This document shows positions 1 through 12,039 of a stretch of 64,000 bases of DNA, in pieces. The position numbers and the translations under genes were made by a program. The notes beneath the pieces are model-generated. The model had not been told where the DNA came from, did not search any database, and saw only the letters and a list, made by a program, of their open reading frames with translations. Source of the DNA: Eledone cirrhosa. Its lineage: Eukaryota. How positions within the stretch are numbered: the first letter of the stretch is position 1; every line of letters begins with the position of its first letter. The stretch spans positions 383,656,001 through 383,720,000 of the forward strand of contig OZ024741.1 in assembly GCA_964016885.1 (NCBI GenBank), read 5' to 3'.

Positions 1-2393
1 AAAATGTGAGTGCAATAAAGAAAGAAAAGGATTTTCGATCACTTGCTCTAAAGTTTACAATCGCTACAAGAATGAAGCATCAAACTCTGTGTGGTTGATG
101 TTTAAAGAATGTGTAGATACGAGATATGTAAAATAACTCCATCGAAAATGAATCTGCTCTTATTAACCTTCCTCTAAATTAGATTCCTTGACCATTGTTT
201 GACTCAAAACGTGTTATTGTGTTTGGGGATTTTAGGATCATTTGTAAGTGAGCATATATTTCGACAAAATAGACACCAGTTCATACTTCACTAGTGCTTA
301 TTTCATCAAAACAAGATTTATGTAAGTAACGGTAATCTCTAGTACCTCTCTTTCTTGCTTCTCTATTCCCCTGATCTGCGCAAGGGAACCATTATATTTT
401 AGGGTTAGTCGATTGTATCGACCATAGTACTTGACTTGTACTTCATCTATTGACCCTCTGAGAAGGAAAGACAAAGTTGGGGCAAATGAAAGACAGTTGG
501 GTCAATGAGAGGCAAATTTGAACTTAGAAAGCAAAAAGCTGTAACAAATAACGTAAATTATTTGTCCGACGTTCTAATGATTCAGTCAATCAACCGTAAA
601 GTATAATGATAATAACGCATGCATAGAGGGATGGGTATAGACATTATGTTTTGTAATCGAAATTAAATTATATTACTCAGTAAGACAAGTGCTGTTTTCT
701 AATAAGAAATGAAGTGAACACAGAAAGTAATAATAGTAACAAAATCTGTTTCTGTAATTTAGTAACATAGAACTGTTATATAGAAAAACGGCAAAGGAAT
801 AAGTAAAGTTAACGTCTTCTACACATGTTTTCTGTTCACAGTACAAATCAGAGAGACTAAAATAGATCTAAACTAATTAACTTCAAGACACTTTGTAAGA
901 ACAATGAAATGGAAAGTCGAAATTTTCAAAGACAGTTACCTTTGAAGTAGAAAGTCAATAAATTATCATACAGAAGTATTAATCATTATGTTGGGCCCTT
1001 TAACACTGACATCTTGCACTGCACCTGGCTTTCTCTTTAATGGTCACTATTCAAAGTTATATATTTCACCCATATATAGTTATTGTGTTTGCTAGTGAAC
1101 AGTTTTTCACCTGCACTAATATCAGAGAAACGGCGAGCATATTTCCGGATTTTAATGTGTATACGACAGATCTCGGAGCTGAAGGGAATTTATCACAAGG
1201 AAATAATACATGTGTTGAAACAGATCAAGATGAACTAAACATTCATAAATACCTGGTTTTATTCATCAAACAACTGCCGACATTTACGGATTTTATAAAG
1301 ATCTAGAATGGGAAATTAGATCTAGATTTACTTCGAAGAGTTCAACAGGGTCGGGAGCGAGAATATGATTGTAGTTTTATTAGTTGTTGTAGTTTTCGCT
1401 AATGTATGGTTGCACTTAACCTTAACATACGAATAACATAGACATTCTCACATACAAATACACACGCGCGCCTACACTAACCCGCATATATACATACATT
1501 CAGTGAGTCATCAGCGGAAATACCAAAGCCTTATTGTAGAAATCACAAATATAATACTAATATAATTCCAAAATTTAATCAAATAGTTAAAACAGGAGAA
1601 AAATCAAAAGTTGTTTGTATTTTATTTTATATTTCTATTATGTTTCTAATAACCAGTCGGAATTATATTTGTGCGAAGTGAAAGTTATCAAATAAATTAA
1701 ATGTTCTGAAAGGTTCCTGCAAACATTTATGATAATCAATCGAGTCTATAGTTCCCAATCCAAAGAATGAGATTTAGTATGTAACTGAAAGTATGCTTTT
1801 GTGACTGATACCTTAAATGCCAGATAACTTGTAGCGTTTTGGGTTTTTTTTTAATTAATGAAAAGGGGCGTGTTTACATTGTGTAGGATCAGTGAAGTCT
1901 CAGTTTCGATCTACTGCGTAGCAATATGGGTTAGTGTCTTCCACAATAGACACAGGTGGACCGAAACCTTCAAAGTGAAATTAAGCGTGTAAACCTGTCG
2001 TGTAAGAGCGACTGGCCTGTACTTTCATAATGTTATCATTTTCGCACACAGTGCTACCCTGAGACTTCCTGCGGATTACATTAAAGTTACTTTTGTGGAT
2101 ATATTATATGAGATTGAGTGTAGATGTTCCATTGTTTGAACATATGGAACACTCATCTTCGAAACTAATGCCAAACACATCACCATACAAAGAGTTGTGT
2201 AAATGTTTTATAAGTTTAAGTGTAAGTTTAAGTGTAAGGGCATATGTTTATACAGAGCTAGGAGTAACGAAAATGTATAGAGATAATAAGTATAAAGAGA
2301 TTGATTAATAAGATTTCATACAGTTTCGCCATTGTTATTGTTATTGTCGTTTCTGCTGTTTATCTTTATACCCATGTTAACCCTGATCGAGCG

Positions 2394-2575
2394 ATCGGCA
2401 GTATCGGTAGAGCGTCGGACGCCCCGCGTTGACGCATAGAGTTGCGGCTCTTTCCATTCGGAGTTCAAATCCTGCCGAAGTTAAATTTGCCTTTCATCTT
2501 TACGGAGTGGATAAAATAAATACCAGTAATGCACTGGGATAATTGTTGGCCTTAAGCCAAAAGTAGAAACAGTTA
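2394..2575 (+). mobile_element. tRNA-derived SINE (abundant family with Meta-type-like central domain)
   Basis: A-box-like TGGCAGTATCGGTAGAGCG, B-box-like GAGTTCAAATCC, then TTTGCCTTTCATC..GATAAAATAAATACCAGTA. Other copies: ~375-590(-), 4055-4225(-), 4384-4590(+), 4625-4780(-), 4975-5095(+), 27470-27675(-), 36260-36440(-), 51282-51460(+), 54575-54730(+). Confidence 0.85.
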
Positions 2576-2705
2576 TTATGAAGCTCATTCCGACCATGAC
2601 CATCGTGTTTTTAATTATGTATTCTGTTTTAGGAGATTCCCACTAAAGTTAACTCATCCTGCCGTTTCTGAACAAGGGACGATCTCTCTAACACTCTCGC
2701 TCTGT

Positions 2706-2708
<3 letters not shown>

Positions 2709-2779
<71 letters not shown>
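2709..2779. repeat. (CT)n microsatellite
   Basis: Direct reading; produces the spurious ERER ORF. Confidence 0.98.
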
Positions 2780-2783
<4 letters not shown>

Positions 2784-3032
2784 CTATTGTATCTGTAATA
2801 AGAACCTACATACTTGTCACATTGCGTCAAGCTCATCATTGAAACCACCGTAAGAGCTTCTCTCAGTTAAGTTAGAATCACGCATAATCTTCCATGTTTA
2901 TATAATGCTTTACTCCTATACTGGTGGCTGTCATCGAATATGATCATGATTTTCAAACAAAATACACTAATAAAATGAAAAGGCGTACGCGTGTAACTGA
3001 AAATGAATGACAATGTAACGAAGTAAAGTATG

Positions 3033-3277
<245 letters not shown>

Positions 3278-3289
3278 AAAAGGGTAATA

Positions 3290-3605
3290 GATCTCTTTCG
3301 GTCACGAATGACAATGGAATTTGCACATGGAAAGTTCCCCTCGTAGGTACAAGTCTGGGCAAGTATGTTTGTGAAATACCAGCTGTCGTCCATGCCTACA
3401 TGTCTCCCCTCTCCACGCCACCGATGGGAAAGGCAATGGCCGATACACTCTGGCGCCCCTGACTTCGCATTTCATTTCTACAGCTGACTAAAAAAGTGCA
3501 AAGAGAAATAAAGTGTTTTCCACAAGGATACAAAGTATCAGCCGTTTCGGGGATCGAACTCAGAACCTCACCATTGCAAGCCCAATTCTCTAACAACTCT
3601 GTGCC
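3290..3605 (-). mobile_element. tRNA-derived SINE, second family
   Basis: Minus strand begins with a tRNA-like head (GAGTTGTTAGAG...GGTTCTGAGTTCGATCCCC) followed by CCTTGTGGAAAACACTTTATTTC. Confidence 0.6.
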
Positions 3606-5114
3606 TATATGTGTGTTTATTAGGTGTGTATATAGATATGTATTAAACTATGCTGAAATTCTTTAGCTGCCAATTTTAGATATTTGGCAGGTGCCAAACC
3701 TTCAGCCCTCACTGACACGAAATGTTGTCTATAGAGGCTGAAGATTTGACCCTTAACTGAAAGATATTTGTAATAGGCACCCAAAGTAGTATGTATACCT
3801 AGATGTCTGCATAATTAGTGTAACAAATATCTGTATACCATAAGTTGTCACATTTGGGGCTCTCCAAAATCTGGATATTCTTTACCACTACATTATACAT
3901 ATATATATATGTACGTGTGTGTGAGAAAGTTATGTCAGTATATGAAAAGATTAGGGGTGAAGGAGACTGAATAAATGTGTATATAAATTCACATGTTGAA
4001 TGTGTAAACATATAAACATTTCAAATATATGTATTGCTCTTTAGATTGATAAATAATTGTTTCTACGTTTGGCACAAGGCCAGCAATTATCCCCGTGTAT
4101 TACTGGTACTTTATTTTATCGACCCCGTAAGGATGAAAGGCAAAGTTAACCTCGGCGGGATTTGAACTAAGACCACAAAGGGCCGTAACTCTTTGCTGCA
4201 AAGCATGGCGTCCGACCCTCTACTGATACTACCAGGCCGCTACCCTGTTTTCAAGCTTCGTTTGGCTTCATCAGAAGGCATATATATCAACTAAACACCG
4301 ACAAGGAAATACGTAATCGAACGGCTCATATACCCTATCACTTATAATAGTATCCTGAAATGGACATACTACTTTCCATATGGATTGGCAGTATGAGTAG
4401 AGTCGGACACCATGTTTGCGGTATAGAGTTACGGCCCTTTATGCTCTGAGTTCAAATCCGCTGAGGTTAACTTTGCCTTTCATCCTTATGGGGTCGATAA
4501 AATAAAGCACCAGTAATATACAGGGGTTGATTTAATCGACTTTCCTCTCCCCCCAAATTGCTGGTCTTGAGACTATACTAGAAATCATTATTAGCGTTCA
4601 CGTAGGTAAGATATATATAACAGTTTCTGTTTTAGGTGCAAGCCTATAATGACTCAAGCACGTTACTGGTCTTTACTTCCTCAACCGTATAAGGATGAAA
4701 AGTAAAGCATGCTTGGGCGGATTTGAACGCAGAATGTGAAAGGACGTAACTGCAAAGCTTGTCCGATACTGCCAATTCAGCGCCCTAGTTAAGATATATA
4801 ATAAGATGTGTGCTAAGTAGCCGAAATATATGATAATATTTACACTCACGGTTACCATTATTCTGTGTAAACAGAAATATAACTGTGAAATGTGTGTCTA
4901 TGTTTAAACCATTGTTTCTCAGATATTTCATTCAAGCAGAAATACCCTGATTCTCATTCAACAAACTGATAACCAATCTGAGTTCAAATCCAGCCGAGGT
5001 TAACTTTGCCTTTCATCCTTACGGGGTCGATAAAATAAAGTACCAGTAATACACTGGGATAATTGGTGGCCTTGTGCCAAATATAGAAACAATTATTTTC
5101 GATGAGTAGCAAAC

Positions 5115-5209
5115 AGGGTCGGATTCACCGGGGAGCGGTGGGGAGAATGCCATGTTCCCCTCATCAAACATACCTCCAACTTCTCTCTCCCTCTCTCTCC
5201 CACTTCCTG

Positions 5210-5265
<56 letters not shown>

Positions 5266-5296
5266 CATACATATTTATATGTATATATACATACAC

Positions 5297-5327
<31 letters not shown>

Positions 5328-5410
5328 CGTGTGTGCATGTGTGCTGTTATATGAAGGGCCCAGGAAACCAGAACTGCCCCGGTCACCGCAAAGTCTAAAT
5401 CTGGTTCCTG
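5115..5410. mobile_element. Possible hAT-type MITE remnant containing a microsatellite
   Basis: Imperfect TIRs CAGGGTCGGATT / AATCTGGTTCCTG; TSD is poor. Confidence 0.35.
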
Positions 5411-5429
5411 TTCGCAACTGTGATATATA

Positions 5430-5655
5430 TGGCTGAGCGTACTATATACTCGTGCAGCCTTCACTATATCTCAAGGAGATTGAAGGTGACACAAGGCGTG
5501 ACAAAGCTAGCCCTCTAAATGACGCATACAACACAATTGCAACAGTTGCATGGACAGTGAGATCGTGAAATAATGTTTATTAGCAGCTCGCGAAGCCGGG
5601 AATCGAATTCACGACCTTACGATCTTGAGCCGAGCACCCTAGCCACTGAGCCATG
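5430..5655 (-). mobile_element. tRNA-derived SINE, third family
   Basis: Minus strand GGCTCAGTGGCTAGGGTGCTCGGCTC..GTGAATTCGATTCCC head; related copy at ~55285-55545(+). Confidence 0.6.
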
Positions 5656-6196
5656 TACTTTCACAATAAATATATAAATCTGTGTGTTCGTGTGCACACC
5701 TTTGCATTTCGCCGTATCTATTTACCGAACAGTACCCATAGATTATACATATAGTTAGGTACACACTGTGTTCACATATAAATATAAATATGTAAATATA
5801 CATTTTTGCGAAACTGACAGAATGATTGAGTACTTCTTTGAGAAGGTGATTGTGTTTATTTGAAATTATATAGCTCGTTGAATGATAGATAGATTGGAAA
5901 GTAGAGAGATATTTAGATGGATAGATTGGATGGAAGGTAGATAGAGAGATAGATAGATAAATTTCGTTATTCGCCACAAGGGCGCAAAAAATGGCGACAA
6001 ATACAAAGTGGGGAGTTTACATACATACGTGTAAAAAAGAATTTATAACAATGATAATAAATGAAACAATCGAAATCCCCAATAAGGGGAGGCGTTACAC
6101 AGGGGTTGTACACACCCCGAAAAATGTACAACCCTCATCTCCAGTAGCACGAAGAGTGAGCGCTCCCTTCCTCTCTTCTTCTTCTTCTTCCTCAAC

Positions 6197-9100
6197 CTAC
6201 AGGTTTATATAGAGAGAATGCCCAACCACTCGGGCCATTCTTGCCACATTCACTCACCTTTCAGAAAATTTGCTTGGGTGCAGCACTTCTCTCTCCACTC
6301 TGATTCTTCTTCTAAAGTGATATTTGAAGAAGCGAACCATTTGTTCGCCGGTGAGAAAGGCGTCTGACCTCAGCCCTTTCAGCCTTGTCCACCATATAAC
6401 CTCTTTCATCATAGCCATTACACAGAGGAAAACCGCCTCCTCTTCGTTTTTGAAGGAAGGTGGGGATTTGATCGTAATAATGGACTCGGTGGTCAACTGG
6501 ATTTGTCCCACCCGTGACAGTAGTCGGTCTGCGTAGCTCCACAGGTCGGTAACGCCCGGGCAGTGTACGAATGCGTGCGCGACGGTTTCCTCGTCCCGCA
6601 TGCATCTCGGACAGATCTTTTTCGAGGGATCTCTGCCCGGGCGCTCATGTCTGTAGAGGTTGTCTCGAACGGGTAGAGCTGCTCGGTAGCACTGCCAAGC
6701 CAGGGACTTTGGGAAGTTGTCCATCGGTCCCGGGCAGAAGGTCCTACCGAACAGACTGGCCAGTTCGTCTTCTTCTATGTCTAGAGTTTCCCCGAGAGTG
6801 TCGTCGCACTTGCTGCGCACCAACCCTCTATAGAATGACAAGGTGGAGTCTCCACTGATTACCGGGTCCGTTTGCCAGAGGACTGTGAGCGCCTGAGCAC
6901 ATTCGATGTGCCAGTCGCCCATTTTCCTCGGTCTTTGCTTGACCCAAGACTGCAGCTCCGTCAGCGAGACGAGTTGCGGGAAGGCTCGCCTCACGAACGG
7001 GGCCCACACCGGTTGTTCGTTGAGGAATATGTGGAGCTGCCGCAGACTTAGCGTATGTTTGCGCATCGTCAGCCACGGCATTCCTAGCCCTCCGTTCGAA
7101 GGGTGTTGACAGCAGATGGACCTTCTCACCAAAGGAGCCCGCTTCTTCCAAAGGAATCGGAAGAGCGCGCGCCCTATTTTGGTGAGCGTATCACGTGGTC
7201 AAGGCACGACGGTCAAGCGGTAGTAGATGACGGACGCTATAAAAGTGTTCGCCACCTCCGCTCGACCTTTCAAGGATAGTTTGCACTCGGGCACTTCTGG
7301 GTGAGCGCAAACACCTTGGCTGTCACCTCGTTCCAGTTTTTCTTCACCTGGAGGTCCGGTCCAAACCACACCCGAGCAGCTTCACCGGTCCTTCCGACCA
7401 GCGTGCGACAACGCCGTCGGAACGCATCGGTTTGCCTCTCCACGTTCCAAGTTGCAAACCGACGGACATGTCCCGGTTCAGCTTCGCTCCTGTAAACCTT
7501 TCGTATTACTTCAGTAAGGTGTCGACCTCCACGATTTGCGAGGTGCTCGACACCACTCGCCGGCGTAGGCCGACGCAGCTTTTCGCAGTCCCGGTTCCAA
7601 CAGGATGCCCTGCAGCAGCTCCAACTTCCGCAGTAGTGGCTCGAGAGTCAGTACGTACAGAAGGGAGGAGAGAGGGCATCCCTGTCGGATAGATCCCGTA
7701 TTTGGAACGGCTCCGACAGGTAGCCATTCACCTTGACCCTTGAGCAGATGTTGCTGCTGTGCCTGGCAGCAATCCAGCCCCTGAATACGGGGACGAAGCC
7801 TGCCGTCATAGCACCGCATCCAGGTAACGATGGTCGACTCTATCGAACGCCTTAGACGGATCCAAATTGATCATTGCCCGACCGAAGCCGGGTTCACACC
7901 TTACCCTCTCTACGATGTATCGCATGAGGTGGAGGTTGTCGTGTATGGACAAGGTCGAGATTGCGCATGTCTGCGCTTCTGCCACCAGGTTCCCGACGAC
8001 AAGCGCCAACCTCTTTGCTAACACCTTGGCCAAAATCTCTAACTCTGTGTTTAGCATAGTTATGGGCCTGAAGTTATTTATGTCATCCCCCTTGTTCTTG
8101 TCCTTCCTGACCAGCGTGACTACGCCCTTGGTCACAGAACTGGGAATTCTCCGATTCTACTGCCAGTTGCAGTAGACCGCTTCGAGGCGATCGGAGAACA
8201 AGTCCGGCATTGCTACGTAGAATACATAGGGTAGACCGTCGAGACCTGGCGATTTGCGTTTGCCGCATTGGTTCAGTGCGTCCCCTATCTCAGCGGCCGA
8301 AATCGACCTTTCGCAGGACTTCGCCCGAGAGTCGCGGCAGACCGTCGAGGTATGGACCGAAATCCATCGCCCCTCCCGGTGCGCCGAACCGCCCGAACTG
8401 TCGTGCAAATTGCCGCTGAAAGGCCGCGCACATCTACTCCGATTCAAGTATCACGCGTCCGTCTTGGTCCTTCAAAATCCGAATCGTTTATTTGTTGACA
8501 CTTTTCGCCTTCGTCACTCGGGCCCAGCTAATAGCTTTGGCTCCCTCGTTTCCTAGAGCAGGTGTTTTGGACCTGACAACGCAGGCTTCGTGTTTTGCGC
8601 CGAAGAACTGGTCTAAGGCCGTTCTCGTCGCTAGCAAGCTAGCTACGCTGCCACTTCTAAGCGCCTCTTCTATTTTATCTACTAGTTTCTTGTTAGTGTT
8701 AATCCTATCTAACGCTAGTTCTTTACCAAAAGCTATCGACTCTAATCTAATTTCTCTCTTGAGAAAGTACCACCACCTGTTGGTGACAATGGCCCCCGTC
8801 AACTGTTGCTTAACTAAAGTACTAATCCGTCTACTGTAGGCTTTGCGTGTCGGTAACGACAAGTTCAGTTTCCAGTATCCGGGTCCCTGCCTATGGTTTC
8901 TATCAAGGTTGGCTATGCAGATCACTAATTTGTGATCCGAATAGGTAACCATGAACATGCGTCGACAGCTTAACATATCCCTATCCCTATCTCTAATTAG
9001 GAACCTATCTAAGTACGATCTAGATGTCCCGCTGCGGTTCGTCCACGTCCACAGTCCACAGTGGCACAGTCGGGAAATCTAGTCGGTATCTATCGGCCAG

Positions 9101-9620
9101 TTGAAATTTGCCGATTAACTGTTTGAGGGTGTTACACCCCTCTCTATGGGGACATGCCCCCACATAATCCCAACGTGCATCTAGGAATCCATTCCAGTCC
9201 CCCACTGAAAGCAAGTAGCGAGACGTTCCCAGAAAAGTCTCCAGACGTTTGAAGAACTCTGGCCGCGATGTCCCGGATGGGGCATACACGACCACCAGTC
9301 TGAAAGCTCCACCTTCACCACTGCTGACGTCTAGGACCACTAGTTGACACTCCGGGTCCAGATGAACCGTCTGTGTTACGAGGTCCAGGTGTTTCCGCAG
9401 CAAAACGGCAACCCCGCCCCCACCACCCGGCTGACAGAGAGATGCGTAGATCTCAAAGTAGTCGAAGATGGGGGCCAGCTGCCGGTCGTTGTGGGTCCTG
9501 GACTCGCAAACGACTACCAGCTCCATAATGTGCGACCTAAGGTCGTTTAAGAGTTTGCCCTGTTTCCAGGGTAACCCCAGGCCGCGCACATTTACACATC
9601 CGACTCTTATATTCGCTATG
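6197..9620 (-). pseudogene. Copy A ORF2: APE endonuclease + reverse transcriptase + C-terminal CCHC, multiple frameshifts and stops
   Basis: VGDWN and SDH (EN); NFRPITMLN, KAFDRVDH, RQGCPLS (RT); CPRC..ETVAHAFVHC. Confidence 0.92.
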
Positions 9621-9661
9621 TCGTTGAGGAAGAGTTAGAAAAGAAAAGGAAAAGAATTCAC

Positions 9662-11502
9662 TTACCTTTTCGCTTCCTGGGGACCAGGCTGTACAATCTC
9701 CATGGGGATGTTGGAGGGGTTTTTGGTAGGGTGGTGGTTTCTGGCGGGGTGGGGACGGAGATGTTTGGTGGGGAGTGGATGTCTGGTAGGGTGGGGCTGT
9801 CTGGGGTGAGGGTGGGGAAACATTTTAAAAGGACGCGGTTATAGGGTTTCACGCAGGGATTACCCACGTCCTTAGGAAAGTTTTCTTTTAAAGATTTATA
9901 GGTGTCCGTAGGGACCCTAATCATCTTTAAATTAGGTATTTCCAGACAGTACGAAAAAGTTTTCCCTTCGGTTTTCGCCGAAGGGTCATTGGAAATGACC
10001 TCCATTAAAGTTTTATTGTCAGTCTTTACGTATGTATAATGTTTTTGTTGTGTTGTATTGGGGTTTTTTTCCGTTGTTCTTGTGTGAGTTTTCGTTTTGT
10101 TGTAGGTGTTTGTGTTTGGAGTGTTGTCGTTTTGTTTTCAGGAGGGGAGATTTTTGTTTGTGACGTTTGTAGTGTTTGTGTTGGTGGTTGTATGTTTGTC
10201 GTGAAGTTTGTTGGCTTTTTGTTCGTGTGGTGTCTTTTTTTTCTTTCTTTTCGAACGGAGAGGTTCTCCATCATCGTCACTTGGTCATGATGAGGGGGTC
10301 TCATCTGTTGTGACGTCTGTGTTATTGGAGAGAGGTACGTTTTGTGGAGTTGTTGTGTTTGTGGGTGTTTTACAGTGGTTTTAGGTGGAGTGGGTTGGGT
10401 GGGACTGTGTTTGGGGTTTTGTTTGGATGTACTTGTTTTTGTGTGTTGTTGTTGTTGTGGTGGTGGTGGTGGTGGTGGTGGCGGCAGTTGTGTTGCTGTC
10501 TTATGTGTTGACAGTAGTGCCTTTTTTTAAAACAGTTAGCTGAGGACAGGAAGCCCTCAGGTGACCACTGCTTAAACAGTGGTAACATGAAGGCCGCCTA
10601 CCCTCAACAGAAATGTTTATGTAGGAATTCCCATCCAGAGGCACACGTTGTTGTAGTCTAGCTATTCATTCTGGTCTCATTTGGACCAGAACTTCTAAGC
10701 TTGTACCGTTAAATATGCTCCTGGTGGACTTTCCTACCGAAAATACTGTCTTCATCAAAATTGATGAAACCAGCTAATATCCACCGGATGTTTACATTTG
10801 GTGTGATATATGTTACTCTTATTTTTGGGGTCCTGTATGTGGGGGAAAATGTGTAGAGGCGGGGGGGGGGGTACAAATTGGCGACAGAATATCTTTTGGT
10901 CGTCAATTGGTCTTTCATTAGTACTGATATACTTCCAAATAGTTTTCCTTTCTGTATAAAGGTAATGTCTTTCATGGAATTCCTTAGAACCAGCTCAATT
11001 TCATTTTGTGTTAATTGAACTGGTTTGCTGGTGGAGTTTGAGATTGTCCTAAAAATTATAGTTTATAGGACAGTTTCTCTACGCAACTCTTGAGGAGAAG
11101 TGATCTAAAAGCACCACTCTCCCCAAAAGTTACATATTGCTTGACATCTCTTAATAATTCTCTAGAATTAGAGATGTCAATATATGTGTAGCGTTCTGCA
11201 TTTTGGACAGTTTGTGCAAATGAAGTTGTTCCTTCTTCTTTGCTTGTAGAGTTGTTCGTGTTGGTGTTGTTGTCATCATTGTTGCTGTTGTTGTTCTTGT
11301 TGTCATTGTTGTTGGTGTTGTTCTGGTTGGTGTTGGTATTATTGTTCTGGTTTAACTTTGTGTTTACCTGTTTTTCAAACACAGCGACGTTCTCAACGTC
11401 TTTCAATAAGGTGAGCGGGGATGGCTGCGAGCATTGTACTCTTATTTCCTCTCCACCACCTTTCTTAGTGCGTGTGGCGTTCATTAGCGAAGCGGCGTCC
11501 AT
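9662..11502 (-). pseudogene. Copy A ORF1: Asn-rich N-terminus, gag-like zinc knuckle, fragmented
   Basis: MKDITFIQK matches copy B; EGRRPSCYHCLSSGHLRASCPQ is readable at ~10540-10605. Confidence 0.85.
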
Positions 11503-11710
11503 TACTGAGTTCAAAAATCTTTCGATAGCAAATTTTTCAAATGAAAATTTCGCCCCCAAAAGGGGGGAAAATGAGTTGACCCACCATCTGAAAGCCCAGA
11601 CGAGGGGTTAATCTATATAACAGTATAAAATTCCACAATAAACTTTCGTTTTTTGGGTTAGAAAATTCACAAAATCTTACGAGCGAAGTGACACACGTCT
11701 ATCGATCAGG

Positions 11711-11775
<65 letters not shown>
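11711..11775. repeat. (GATA)n tract separating the two LINE copies
   Basis: Direct reading. Confidence 0.98.
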
Positions 11776-12039
11776 TGTTTCTTTTATTTGCCACTAGGGC
11801 ATCAAAAGTGGGACAAGTACAAAGGGGGGAGTTTACACAAAAAGGCGTCCTCAATAAGGAGGAGGCAATAACAAAATATAAAAATAAAATAAGATATAAC
11901 AAAAAATAAAATTTATAACAAAATCCTCAATAGAGAGGAGGCGCCTTGGGGGGTCGCACACACCCCCGAAAAAAGTGTGCAACCCTTCTCCTCAGGAGCA
12001 CAGAGAAGGGGTGCTCCCTTGGTCTTTCATCTTCCTCAC

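Larger units (their letters stand above)
5958..11712 (-). mobile_element. Tx1/L1-clade non-LTR retrotransposon, copy A (full length, degraded)
   Basis: ORF1 and ORF2 fragments are colinear with copy B; 5' end is homologous to copy B; the 3' end runs into (TATC)n. Confidence 0.93.

Noticed and set aside
1040-1306. 88-aa ORF in unique-looking DNA
   Set aside because: No recognisable motif or splice context; this length is expected by chance.
2394-2475. tRNA-like A/B boxes as tRNA genes
   Set aside because: No cloverleaf; always fused to the same non-tRNA body, so these are SINE heads.
9658-9700. Apparent frame compensation preserving a stop after hypothetical splicing in copy A
   Set aside because: The true ORF1 frame of copy A is MEIVQPGPQEAKR* by alignment to B, so the compensation was a frameshift artefact.
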